DNA from: Cenococcum geophilum | Lineage: Eukaryota | DNA: 64,000 nt | Direction: 5' to 3' | NCBI GenBank assembly: GCA_050273025.1 | Contig: CP158635.1 | Coordinates: 31,744,001 to 31,808,000, forward strand | Shown here: piece after piece, positions 23,901-37,000 of the stretch | How the letters are laid out: every line of letters starts with the position of its first letter | Numbering within the stretch: position 1 is the stretch's first letter | The notes under the pieces: model-generated | Seen by the model: only the letters and a program-made list of their open reading frames with translations | What the model was told of the DNA's origin: nothing | Database searches by the model: none | Made by a program: the position numbers and the translations under genes

Positions 23901-26513
23901 GGTAAGTTAGCGTAAGAGAATTTAAGCTTAATACTATAAGAGGTAAACTAGTTCTTTATAAGCTAGTTATCTAATTTACTATTATTAAATTAAACCCTTT
24001 TAAGAGGGCTAAGTTGCTTTTCTAACTAGGTAATATAGTTCTTAATAATATCTTAAACGCTACAAGCCTCTTTTAACCTAAGGAAACGGACCTCCATTTA
24101 TCTGGTATAGTTATTGGTAAAAGTAATAGCGTACTTAAAGCCTTTAATACTAACTAGCGTAAGATAGATAATATTAATATAAACCAGTTCACCTATAGCT
24201 ATAGCACGCTGTTAAGGACCGCGATTAAATAATTTATGCCTTTTTAAGATGGCATAGGTTTTATAGTTAAATGGATTAATAGAAAGTCCTAGACGTTTTA
24301 TATCTACAAAGTTTAGGTGCCTAAGTCTCTTATACCACCACCAAGAGTTATAATCTAAGCCTATTAGTAAGAGAGTAGTGCGTAAATTGTTTAGTTTATT
24401 AAGGCGGTAAAGTCCTTTCTATATAAAGAAGTGCGCCAGTTTTATTTTATCCCTAGTGCGTAGAAAACAGTCTACGGTATTAATAGTTATCCTATTTCTT
24501 TAGCAGGTAGAGCTAGATATAAGGTTAATAAAGAGGTCTAAAATATAGAGCACGTTACGGAGTCTAAGTACGTTATTACCCTATAGTAAAGATATAACAA
24601 CGTTAACGTCGCCATACCTAGTAGTGTAGGTAATGCCAGTAGTAAAGTTAACTTTAATCCTATATTCTTAAAAGTTCTTAAAAAGCTTGCGATCCTTATA
24701 AGTATAGTATATTGCTCTAGTATCAAAGTACTATCTATTTAGTTGAGAATCTACTATATTTTAAAGCGCAAGGATCTTTTTATAGTTACTTAAGAAGTTA
24801 GTTAGTTAATCGTCGCTTTAGTTAGGTAGAGGAGTTCTATTTTAGATAAAGCGCCTTTTCTTACTCTTAGGTTTGCTAGTAGGTATCTTTATAGCCCTAT
24901 AGTTGCGAGTCTAGTAATTAGGTAATTTGTAAAAGTCGTACTATTTTCTATTAGGTGTAGTAACAGGTGCCATATAAGATTAATTTAGAAGTAGTTAAGC
25001 GCCCAGTAACATTACGGACGGCTCGTTATTAACTAGTTAATAAGCTTCCTTATAAAGTTTAAGGCTAAGGAGTTTTATAATAAAATCGTTAAAAGCAAAA
25101 GGCGTGTCCTCTTTACGATTAGGCGTAATTTTGCTGTCGCGGAAGTTCTAACAGCAATTACCTAAATTATAAAGGAAGATACTAGTTATTTAAGTATCCG
25201 TTATCCCATTTTGTATAAGCCTAGTACAAGTTATATTTAAGTAAGGTATTTCCTTAGAAAGTTACTTTATCTATTTAGCAGCAGCTTTATATTTAGTGCA
25301 GTATTCTTTAAGGGAGTTACCTAAATATATATTAATAAGCGCCTTAAGTCTAAGGTGGTAAGAGACCTAGCTAACTTTTATATATAGTCCCTTAAGTATT
25401 TCCTAGGCATACTTTGCCGTTTGGTTTTTAATATATAATTGGAGTTTAAGGCTAACCGATTCGTATATTAACTAAAAGGCTTAAGATTCCCTAAGAGTAT
25501 ACTTTTCTTTATCTTTTAAAGAGGCGTTGTCGGCTAGAGTAATTACTTCGCCTATAACGTACTTTTAGAGCACTCTTAAATAAAGCTTATAGCGTTTTTT
25601 AATGGACTATAAGAGGTAGTTATCTTAGCCTTTAAGGACAATACTAAGACGTTTCTTATTGGTAGGAGTTTCTAATATAGTAAAAGAGACAATTAGTATA
25701 TAGGTTAAGAGATAAGAATAAAGTAGTAATAATCCTCTTTTAAGGATAAAGACTTTCCAATAGTTATAGCTTATCTAGCTTAGTATAGCCATTATCCAAT
25801 TAGCCACTATAAAGAGGAGGGCCGTTAGGAGTTAATATAAATACAAAGGGGTTACTAAGGCACTAGTAGTAAGCAAGCCAATAGCAATTTTTCATCCCGG
25901 GGATAGAAAATCCTAATTAGTTGGCATAAGTTAGGGTCCGCAGAATATAGCAGAGTTTAGCAGGTAACGCGCCCTAGCGCCGTTACAATTTGGTGTTGGT
26001 TAACTACTAATAAGTATCCTTTAAGTTATTGCAATTAATGGGCCTTTTCTTAGGGTGTATTAGATACCCTATAGCTTAAAGACTTGTAAAGCGGATAGCT
26101 CATAAGGCAGACAGCTCATAAGGTAGCTTATAAGGTAACTCGTAAGGTAGCTCGTAAGGTAAGTTACTTATAAGGCTGGTAGCTTATAAGAATAAGGCTT
26201 AAGCTTATAAAAGCTAAGGAGCAAGCAATATACGTTAAAGGAGTTAAGGTTTAAACGCGTTTTTATGCTAATTTAAGTCTTAAGGTACAAGGACGCTAAA
26301 GGGCGTGTTTAACTCGAAACTGATAATAGAAAAGGCGTAAGTTGCGTTAAGCTATCCGGGCTTATAACCTGTCGAACGCGCAGGTTAAGGCAAGTGTAAT
26401 TGCAGTATATCAAGTGTATAGAAGAGTGATTGATTGTACTATCTGAGTAGGAGGTTGAGATAAAAGGTTGACGACAACCGAGTCACGTGATGTAATATCG
26501 GGTGAAAATAACA
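20965..26513 (-). mobile_element. Full-length Ty1/Copia element 'D', RIPped
   Basis: 144-bp LTRs at 20965-21108 and 26370-26513, TSD AATTG, PBS GGTTAT(G/A)AGCCCGG, PPT AAGGGGGAG; integrase NGV.ER, RT LYGLKQS..W and VYVDD, RNase H TKHIDIQHHFIR. Confidence 0.96.
25886..25912. promoter_or_regulatory. Shared palindromic module core (Copia D 5' UTR)
   Basis: GCCAATAGC-AATTTTTCATCCC-G-GGGATAGAAAATC. Confidence 0.55.
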
Positions 26514-26739
26514 AATTGAAGTCTGGCGCGAGGCTGAAACTAAAGATGCCGATGAGGACTCGGTAGGGGGTGCAGGACGAGGCTTGGTAAGAGGCTCCGT
26601 TGAGCCAATGAGTCTCCCAGCGATTGACTCGAGGCCTGGCCCAGTTTTACCTGCCGCTCGCATAGCTTCTTCCTCAGAACCGCATTGTTGATGCGTTTGA
26701 CACCGCTCGAACCAGGTTGCGGTGGTAGAGCAGGCCGAG

Positions 26740-27143
26740 TGTCGATTCAGGTTGGATTTAGCCTATTATCCCATTGTGTCTTCAGGTTCGTGCACTTTTA
26801 GTTCCCGCGCACCGTCGAACGCCTAAAAAGCCAGTCAATAAGCTCTATACCGTATATAGTTTGGTGTTCTAGGCGTCGAGTCAGCTCCAAGCGATGAGTT
26901 GCGGACGCGCTTAGGGTGCAGGCGATACCTAGCGATTAGCACGCAGTCTCTATCGGTTGACAAAAAACGCCAGGTGTCAAGAAAGACACCATGGGATCCT
27001 ATTAGCCTATTACGTACCTACCCTTGTTTTCCCCTTAATTTCCGACACCTCCATCATGTATATATAGTCTCTTTTCTTCATAGATCAAATCAATACACGA
27101 GTTCTTCTTTTCTTACCATCGGTGCACGGACTACCGATCGACA
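26740..27143 (+). repeat. Solo LTR (404 bp)
   Basis: TGTCGAT..ATCGACA terminal inverted repeat, TSD CCGAG; 3' end similar to 20606-20840. Confidence 0.88.
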
Positions 27144-27621
27144 CCGAGACAGTCGCGAGGGACCAGCGTTCCAGTGAGGCGGAGCAGCTGGCTGAGGCAC
27201 TGGCTGAGGCGTTAGCTGAGGCGCTGGCCGGGATGCTGGTTTGAGGTTGACGACTAGAGTGGCACTTTGGATAAGCGGCGGTTGAGGATCTTGGACTTCC
27301 GCCAATGGTTTAACGGTCTTTATGCCGGCAGATCTCCATTTTTCGGTAACTGGTCCATGTTAGCTATTATTACTCTATAATCCCTTATGTTAGACTTACT
27401 GAAAGTAATGACCTCAGCGTCCATCTCCCTCATAACTTAAATGGGAGGAAGATTATTAAAGCCATAACTTTCCAAATACTTGCGAAAGTAGTAGTCGGTT
27501 TCATTCTGATCGTTTGACATCCTGAAGCGGGTGAGCCTAAATCACTCAAGTTAATAGGGTGTCTACAAATAGCTTCGTAGAGAATTCAAGTGTTAAGACA
27601 TAGGCGCGTGTAAACAAGATA

Positions 27622-27838
27622 TGTCGATCCAGGTCAGATTTTGCCGCATACTATTTCTATTACCTTTCCATTACTAAGTGGCAATGACGATCAAGTGGCA
27701 ATGAGGTAACAGTTTCAAATCGGCATCAGTGTCGACGTCAGTCTTTGCCACTAATCTAATGTATATAGTGAGGCTCTAGAGCCTCTTGCAATGAGACAGA
27801 GTCATCATTTTTTATATCTTTTAGTTTTCCGATCGACA
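27622..27838 (+). repeat. Solo LTR (217 bp)
   Basis: TGTCGATC..GATCGACA, TSD AGATA/AGGTA (one transition); shares GAGGCTCT.AGAGCC..GACAGAGTC.TCATT with ~20764-20805. Confidence 0.8.
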
Positions 27839-28084
27839 AGGTAACTGGAAATAAACTAAACCCACGACAATATTAATGCAAGGGAATTGACTTACCCGAA
27901 ATCCAAAATGTCGTTTATTAAGCTACACCCTCGGTGATCCGGGTAGATAGAAAGGTGTGAGAGTAGAGGCGTAGAAGAGGTGACTTAACTCGATACGGGC
28001 AAAGTTGTTTGCAGGACCTCATGCCACAGATTCACCGTCAGTGTGTCCAAGAGTTAGCGACACTATCAGCTTCGCTGCCAAGAG

Positions 28085-31000
28085 CAGACTTGCTGATAAA
28101 CAAACCCCGTTTGCTAGTTTGTTTGTTTGTTTGCTTTGTAATCAAACAACCAATCAAACCCAGAGGCCCGATTTTAGCAGTCAATCAAGCCCTATATCGT
28201 CTCGTTTAATTGAGTTGGTTTGCTCGTTTGATATATAAGATATAGGGGTTCTTAGTGGTTGATTGTGGGCAGTTCTATAATATACTACGATTGTGATATA
28301 ATATACGCGCCGAAAATAAACATCCGAACGCGTCTTTTTGACTTAAGCCTACCAAAATCTCCTCTTTTACCCACCAATTCCTATCGCTATACTGCCTATA
28401 TTATATCTTCCCATCTTTCTAAAGCTGGCCCTATTAATTCAGCAGAGAATACGTCTGCAATCGCGCCCAGCGAAGCCTGCGAAGGTTCTAATACCTTATC
28501 AGAATCAACCCCCCTTAAGGACGAATACAAAGGCCTTGATTGGGACCGTATAGAGAGATATTAACGGCCTTATCGAGACCTCCTTAGAACTCTAAGCTTT
28601 ATATAGGACCATGGCTAGCGGCTCCAGTAAAGATTTAGTAAGAAAACAACCGTTTTCTTATACAAATATTGCCATCTGCATAAGATTAAGGTAACTCTAT
28701 ATAAGACTAGTAGAGCCACTACTTCTGCGGTAGGACACCTTACTAAGGATATAGATGGCCATTGGGTTAATTCTTATGGTCCTATTAATTATACAGTGTC
28801 TTGGAAGCGGAAGGCTTTAACTATTCTAGAGCAGATTTAACGAACCCACTATATATCGCAAGCAGTTGCTAATAAGCTTATTAAGTCCTATGACTCCAAT
28901 ATCTTTAAACAGGCGGTTATACTATAGATCGCCGCCAGAAACCACCCTCTGCAAGAAGTTAAGCGACCTAAATTTTAAGCCCTAATTGTGGCCGTAAATA
29001 AAGACGCCGAGCCTAATCTATACCAAAACTATAAGGCAATTTATAATTAAGTTCTCGCTAAATATAATGGTAATAAAGGTGTAGTAATAAAAGAACTGGC
29101 GCGATCAATGACAAGATTTTATATATCATTTAATGGTTAGACAACGCGCGATAAGAAGAAAGCTCTTACTGGTGTCTGCGTTTATTACTTAGACGATTAA
29201 GGCCAGATTTAAGACTTTATACTTACTCTACCAAAGCAGCTTGGCCCATATAGCGGCTATAACTACTATAACGTTATTAGCAATATTATTACTAAGTATA
29301 ATCTTAGTAGTCGAATTGGCTGGTTTATTATGGATAACGCCCACAATAATAACGCCTGTATTAACTTCCTTACAGCAGAGCTTAGATTTAATAAACAGCA
29401 ATATTAGGTGCGGTGCGCTACCTATATATTTAATCTAGTGGCTTAATTAAGTCTATTTAGAACCGATAAAGATACGTTTAAGAACGGTAATAAGAACTTA
29501 ACGGTAGGCGTTCCCCTACTATTAATTTAATTAAAACTAAGACTTTTATAGGAAGAGCAGCAGTTCCTAGAGGAGTGGCAAAAGGAAGGCCCGCTTAGAA
29601 CTCTTATTAATTTTATCTATTTAATCTGCTTACTACAAAAGTATAAATAGTTTTATGCCTTCTAGCAAGAGGAGAACGCTATGCTACTATATGCCAATTT
29701 TAAAGTCCTTAAGCTCGTTAAGCCCGTTAAGACTAGGTGGAATAGTTATTTAATAACATTTAAACAAGCTATTGAGCTTTAAGGCCCTATTTTCTTAATA
29801 ATGCAGTATAATATTAATAAATGGAACAGGAAGCTCGCAACGATTAAGTCTAGTTAATAACATAGAAAGAATCCAAACCCATATCAGAAGCCTCTTAATT
29901 ACCCTCTCTACGTGCGAGTTAGCGGCCTTGCTTCCTATAATTAGGACGTCATTAAGCAATATATTTAGCTTCTTAAGCCGCTTTAGCAAGCTACACTTAA
30001 GCTTAAAAAAAGAGGCAAGGCTAGGCGCAATAGCGCGATATAGGAAGTTATCCCTTATATAGAGTTTCTAATAAGGCACTATAAAGAAGCTAAAGCTTAA
30101 TTAACTGAGGCGATAATAGAGGATTATTCTAATTAAGAGGTAATCGAGGATCACTACAAAATTAATGTTAATCGCGGGTAGGCGAAGCTTTAAAAATACT
30201 ACGCGGCGCTTAATTAGACGCCTATCTACTACGCAGCTTACCTACTATACCCTAACCTTAAGCGATTCTACTAAAATAACTGGAAAAAGAGGCCTAATTA
30301 GATAACTAGCTATAACGCTTCCTTTTAGGAGCTCTGGCTTAAGTATAAAGGAAAGAAGCTATAGTTAGCAGAGTAAGCCTTTAAGAAGAATTAGCCTTTA
30401 CAATCTAATATTAATAACTTTATTAGAAGCTTTATAGGTACCGCCTTTACTATAGCACCTTCCTTATCTAATAATTAAGAAGACGAGTATAAGCAGTGGA
30501 AGAAACTCGATCTACTAGCGGAAAATCATCCACTGGCTCGCGATCTATTCTTATACTAGAGGACGATAGCAATAGAGTTTTCTAACCTTAGTTAAATGGC
30601 GCTTAATATACTAAGTATACTACCATTAAGCTACAATTGCGAACGATCGTTTAGTAAGCTTGGTAATATACTTAAGCCTTATCGCTTACGAATGCGGCCT
30701 AATATTATTGCAGCCTTGCAGTATACGCGAAGCTAGAACCACAACAGCTTTATTAAACGCAGAAAATAACCTTTTCTAATAAGGAAATCGTATACTGGTT
30801 CAGACTTAACCAGAGATCGCGCCATTTAATTTAGTTTGCTAACTTTTAAATAGTATAACGTCCTACCCAAATTTTTAATTCTAGCCTCCAACTTTGGCGC
30901 TATTAAGAGGCGCAATCTCCTACTTTAGGAGCTATTTTATATACATACAATGATATATAGGGAGGATTGGCTATATAGCCAGGTCGATATTGCTGCCGTT

Positions 31001-31490
31001 ATAGCGGGCGATCAATTTTTTAGGCATCTTTTATATAGGAAAACTCTGTATTAAATTTTAAATCACGTAACCTTCCCTAGGAACCGCCAGAGCGACAACA
31101 AGGTTTAATCCACACTATAGTAAGCTATCCTTATATAACGTTTAGATATTATTATAGTAACTAATATTAACAGATTTGCCGCTTTAGATTAATAGAATTA
31201 GACCTTACTATTATTAATACTAGGGGTAATTAATTTTGTTCCCTTTTAACTTTTAAGCTTAACGCGAGCATTACAACACCAAACGCCTATCACTAGATTG
31301 TAGCGTAGAGCTCCTAGATCCTCTTACCGTCGCGTAAAAATGTATATAAATCTATCCAAATAGTTAAATCTATCTAAACCGTTTGCTAGTTTAATTAACC
31401 AAACAAAATAAATAAGCTTAAAGCTTTAAAATATCCAATTAACCAAACCGAAGATCCGTGGTTTAAATTGTTTGTTTATTAGCAAGTCTG
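28085..31490 (+). mobile_element. hAT (Restless-like) DNA transposon 1, RIPped
   Basis: 21-bp TIR CAGACTTGCT(G/A)ATAAACAAAC, 8-bp TSD GCCAAGAG; ISFDGWT (~29125), DNA.NND (~29333), RC..HI.NL (~29407), TRWNS (~29732), CERSFS (~30638). Confidence 0.95.
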
Positions 31491-32118
31491 GCCAAGAGGC
31501 TGCTAATATAAGCAGTTAGCTAGCTAACTGCTTTATAATAGTTAGTTAGCTATAAGACTACAGCTAGCTAATAGCTCGCTGTCTTAGCATAAGATTTAGT
31601 AGTAAGTTAAAGCTTTTAGTAGAAGTTAAGGATATTTAGATAATCTAGTTGGTTAATTATACGCTAAGCAATAGGAAACCTATAAGAATCTCTCGCTTAG
31701 CCATAGTAAATAAAGCATTTTCCTTAATATCTCTATTGCGCACTAAAACCCGTACTAAAGCTTACCATTTTATTACCTATATAAAATGCAATATATATTG
31801 TATTTTACGCGTTAGCTAGGCAGTAGAGCTTCTTTATCTACTTTCTCCTCTACTTCTTCCTTATTTAATTTATAATCTACGCAATATTTAACTCTAGCAC
31901 CGCATAGGGTTTATAGATTAACTTTTTTCTCCCCCTTCTAATTAATAATAATACCGAATCGGGTAATTAAGATTCTATATCGCGAGAGCCTCCTCTAGCA
32001 AATTGGAACTATAGCTATATCTTTCCTATTAATTAGGACAATCTCTACCTAATAATATATAGTAAGCTTACTGGTAAATACGGATACTAGGTTATTAATA
32101 AGCGGTTACTATTAAGTA

Positions 32119-33972
32119 ACGTAGTCGGTAAGCATGTGGCCTATATATGCATATAGCCTACCCTACTAAACCACTAAGGGCAAATATTGCGAATTACTCA
32201 ACCACAAATAGTTGTATTTGGTGTATTTATCTACTAGCTAGTTGCCTGCCGTCTAGGGCACGTACGTGCATTATGTTTTATTAAATAGCACATACTACAC
32301 TTGCGTGGTGCACGCTGCGGTCGCTCGGTCGCTGCCTCTGCTGCCCCCTCTACTACCCCTTTCTGCGCAGCTTGTGCACGAGAGGCCCCTTCTGCTCCTA
32401 ATAGAACACCTCCTCTAGCTATATATATGCGCTTCTCTACCCTCTTCTTTTTCTGGCGCTAATTTTCTATATATAGCTTCTTATTTTCACTTGTAAGTAG
32501 TATAGCGCTTAATATTGCCATTTCGCATCCCTTAACGAGCTGGCTAAGAGCTTGTTCTATTGGACTTGGTAGACTATATATACGCTACTTAAGATAGCGC
32601 TTTAGCAAGACTGTCTGCCTCTGTAGCTTAGCAATATTATAAGGTATTTCGGCTGCCTAAGATGCATTTAATAGTGGACGGGGTGGTGGTATCTAATATT
32701 TGGCATATAGTTATGATAGTACGCGATCGGGGCTGTATAAAACAAGACCAGTAGCTGCAAATCTTGCCTGTATATTGTTTTAATGTAGCGCTATTTGCCT
32801 AGCCTGCTTATATAGTGGCAGGAATTCGTATTTATTAATATAGTTAATACTACGGCTTATAATCTGTTTAATAAGGCGTCTATATAATTGCTTAAGCGCT
32901 AAGAAACAGCCTACATCTAGTGGCTGCAGTAGATGTAATGAATACGCTAGCATGCAGATAATAATAATATTATAATCTAAAGAGAACTAATCGAATTTAG
33001 GGTTAATATAGCTATTGTGGCCATCTAGCACAAGTAGCCGATATGTGCTAATAGTATAATCCTTTATATACTTATGGAATAGAAATAGCCAGGTTAAGCT
33101 AATCTCGTCTATTGTCTAGCCATTATCGCTAACGCTAATTAACTAGTTATGTGGAATAATATTATCCTTATACTAAGCAGCTTAGTGTATTACTGCTTTA
33201 AAGATAACTAGTAGTAGAATTGTACCCCCTAACGCATTAATATACTTAATAATTATAACCTATTCTTAATTGCCTAGCTATACCGTTCTAGGCCGGCCGG
33301 CTCTATCGGTTTTAGTAATAACTCTTACTATTATAATAACGCCTATCTAGAAGCCAGTCTTATTAAAATTCCAGGTATCTTTATTAAAAATCCTATATTA
33401 TATCTTTAGGTCTTAAATATATTTAAACCAGCCCTAAATAAGCGTAGGATCCTTACATTTAGCGCGCTAGTAGTTATACTTGCGATTAAATTTGGATTAT
33501 AGGTCGTTATTACGCTTAACAAAATTATATACCCATCTCTCGCCAATAGGTTGTATAGTAGTAGGTCTAGTATACTACGTAGCTAAAACACTAGCTATCT
33601 GCCGCACGATCGCGATTCTTAGTAGTATACCGCGTTAATCCATTAATAGAATCCACTGCTTAAGGATCTCTTCTTATGCCAGTATAAGACGGCGATTTAA
33701 CGCAATAGAACCGCGTTTTTGCTAGATGCCTTTAACACATCGCTATGCCGTCATTCTAGGCATATTGTATATGCTAGTGGCCTTTCGGAAACTTATAAAT
33801 TGGCCTTTCTTATAGGCATTAATAGATAGAAAAAGTCTGCCCTCTTAAAAACTGGGGTTTTATTATTGTGGGATAGCTATTGAAGTTATAGTTGTATAAC
33901 GCGTTCGCGTTTTTTGTAATTTTAGTAAGGTGGGCCATATACATATATAGGCCATATGCTTACCGACTACGT
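32119..33972 (-). mobile_element. Fot1/Pot2-like (pogo) DNA transposon, 1854 bp, RIPped
   Basis: TIR ACGTAGTCGGTAAGCAT(G/A)TGGCC, TA TSD; NFDETGF (~33350-33370), LVLDGH.SH (~33020), LLQPLDVGCF (~32910-32935) on the minus strand. Confidence 0.95.
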
Positions 33973-34091
33973 TAAAGCTCCTATATTACTAATATAGAAG
34001 TATAAAGCAGACCTTTTTTAGGACGGTCCTTTAGGTAAAAAAAAGGCTTTAGCTATATAAGCTTTGCTATCTAGCTTAAAGACTAGGTACT

Positions 34092-37000
34092 TATTACGGC
34101 ACTAACCTAACGCATACTGTTTCATACTGTCTTATACTATTTCCTACTGTTAGCTGGCCCACTACTAGCGACTTAGCGGCTGGCCCTACTATTTATATAC
34201 AATACCCCCTTTCCACCTTCTTCCCCTCTTTATACCACAACGTAGTTATTTAGTCTACTTTATTACAGCACTATAATAGTTTATAGTATCTTTAATTTGC
34301 GCCCTATTGCGATTACTAATTCCTTATACCCTAGCTAATTAACCTCCGCCCTAGAGCAATTGCGACCTACGCGCGCCTCTGCTAAAACTAATATATCCCT
34401 AGCATAGTCCTAAAACGATCTTTAGTTTTTACCTAGCGCCTAAATAGGCGACACTAATAACGCCGAAATAGCCAAAACTTAGAACCCCCGCGACGTTTTT
34501 ATAGACCTCTTTACAGAGATATACCCTAATATTGCATAGATAATCCGCCGCTCCCTACTATACCCTAAGACCTTTAAGCCTAGTAAAGCTTACCTTATCC
34601 TTATTAACTATACCAACAAGTTCCTTAATAACATTAAAGCAGAATTATAGTACATATATAACATAAACACCGCCAATAAAAAAGCTAATAAAAACCTTAG
34701 TGCCTTTATTACTTTCTAGACAGGAACTATTAACTCCTAAGCAGAGACTATTACCATTCTAAAATAATTAACCCCTATAATAATGGTAGTAACCCAACAG
34801 AAAAAACGGAGATCTAAAGACCCGCTAATATTTAGCGGAAAAGGCACCCTACTAGAATAATAAGCTAATTTTAAAACCTAGCATATTAAGATTAAGGGAG
34901 TCTTTAACCGGGACTAGGACTACTTTAACATAGTTTAGTCCTAGATCCTTTACATCTCAAATATACTAGAGGATAAGGCCTATAGGTTTATTAAGTAGGG
35001 CCTAAAGCTTATATATATAAGAACCTAAATAACACATCTGCGTAAAAATGGCCTACTAAGGAAGATATGCTTAAAGACCTTACTGCCTACTATAAGGTCC
35101 TTAATATAACCTAGGTTATAAAGAATAAGCTTAACCATTTCCCATAGGGCGAGCGTAATTACTAGTCCTAAAAGGGAGAGCTTAATAAGCTAATAGTCTA
35201 TGCTAAGAAAACAGATAAATAGAAGGTAAACCTATTCCGAAAGTTTATCTCTCTAAAGATAGAAGAGCTGGTACTTAGACTTGCCTATAAAATTAATAAT
35301 AGTAACTATATAGGTTAGAGCAAGTAGATAGATATATTCGCTAAGAACCTTACAAACTATACACACTAAGCTAACCTTAAGAAGAACGCTAACTACCACT
35401 TACCTACCTAAGCCCCTACCCCTATATTAACCCTAACCCTAGCAGTAACTAGAGAACCTATAAACCTTAATAGAATCTTAGATACGGAGCGTAAGCGCCG
35501 CGTTAATAATAGACTATACCTTGCCTATAGCCTGCCCGGCCACTAAAAAAATACCTATAACCCCACTAAGACAGCAAACCTAGTCCTAATACCACCCCGT
35601 TAAATAACGCGAACTAATAACCGCGAACGCGGCGACTGTAGAGTCTATTATAGACGCGGCGACCGTAGAGCCTATTATAGCCACGGTAAACAACCCCCCC
35701 CCCTTTAACCCTACGGCTTAGTTACTCTAAACTATGCCTTATATAGGAGCCCAACCTATTAACAACACCCAGTATTGGCAACTTTACGTTAGCGAATATA
35801 AACACAGCTATATTATTGGTAAAGTATTGTCTTTCTATACCTTAGCTGAAACTAAAACTAATACCGCCAGCTAGATAGATACTAGACCGCCCCGCTAAGA
35901 TAGCCTTATACCCTAGTTGTTAAAAGGCAAACCCTTAGACTAAGTCGCGTCTAAGGGTCTAAACTATATAAGGAGGAAGACGAGAAGATTAGGTCCTTGT
36001 TACTAGATTAATTAGTCCTTTCTATTAGTAAACTACTACTTAATCTTAAATTAGTAAATAGTAATAAGAAATTAATCCTTGTTTAAACCTAACTCTTCTT
36101 ATTACGTAACCTATACCCCTAAGTTTATATTAATATAGTAAGCCTAGTAGACTCTAGTAGTACTATAATAGTATTTACCGACGCAGAGTCTATTATAAAA
36201 AAGTATAATATTATAACTAAGAAGCTACTAGCACCTAGGCCACTACGCCTTATAGATAGTATTCTAACTTCACTTATTACGGACTACTTTACCACCTAAA
36301 TATTAATTGGCCTCCATACTAAAGCCATACTCTTTTTTATTACTAAACTCTCGCCTACTACCCTAATTATCCTAGGTATACCCTAGCTTTAGAAGCATAA
36401 GCCCCATTCTAGCTTTAGAAAACTTAAGATTTACTTTAACTTAGACTACTACTCTAGGCACTACCTCTTATAGGGGATAACCAACGTTAGTAGGGACGCC
36501 CTACGTAAATACTTAGCACTACTAAGCCTAGTGCCTAGGACTATATATAAAGCCCTAATAGTAAAAGACGTTCCTAATAAAGGGGAGCCTATATAGCTGC
36601 AAAGAAACGAAATAATAGAAGACTAGACTACCCTAGCACTTAAGACCAAAATAATGGGCTAGCTAGCCCTGCCGAGACTAAGAAAGAAGGTCCGCTTTGC
36701 GCCGCTACTACTAAGAATCCAACCTTAACCTAGGCACTATTTAAACCCTAGCCACCTAGCCTAACACCTGGAACTAAGCTATATACCATATACGTATACT
36801 ATAGCTCGCGTTATAGTAAGGACTGGCTATAGAACTACTAAGACCCAGATAATAGAAACCGCGCTACTATAACGCCTAACCTTATACCTATCTCCCGCAC
36901 GTACTATATAGGGCCGCCGCCTCGTTTCCGCCCCCCTAGGCTAACTAAGCTATACTAGCCTAGCCGTAGCACCGGAGAACCAGATATGCCCTAACCTAGA

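Larger units (their letters stand above)
20551..27339 (-). pseudogene. ORF of unknown function (~195 codons) split by three LTR insertions
   Basis: Removing 26740-27143, 20965-26513 and 20606-20840 (each with one TSD copy) gives one frame from ATG 27339 with a single TAA at codon 10; the sequence is GC-balanced and little RIPped. Confidence 0.5.

Noticed and set aside
26095..26190. 12-bp CTCATAAGGTAG tandem repeats in the Copia D leader (also 17-bp repeats at ~11305-11380)
   Set aside because: Short leader repeats are common in LTR elements; no further signal.
27465..27495. AATACTTGCGAAAGTAGTAG resembling the foldback terminus
   Set aside because: Short, several mismatches, no partner TIR or TSD found.
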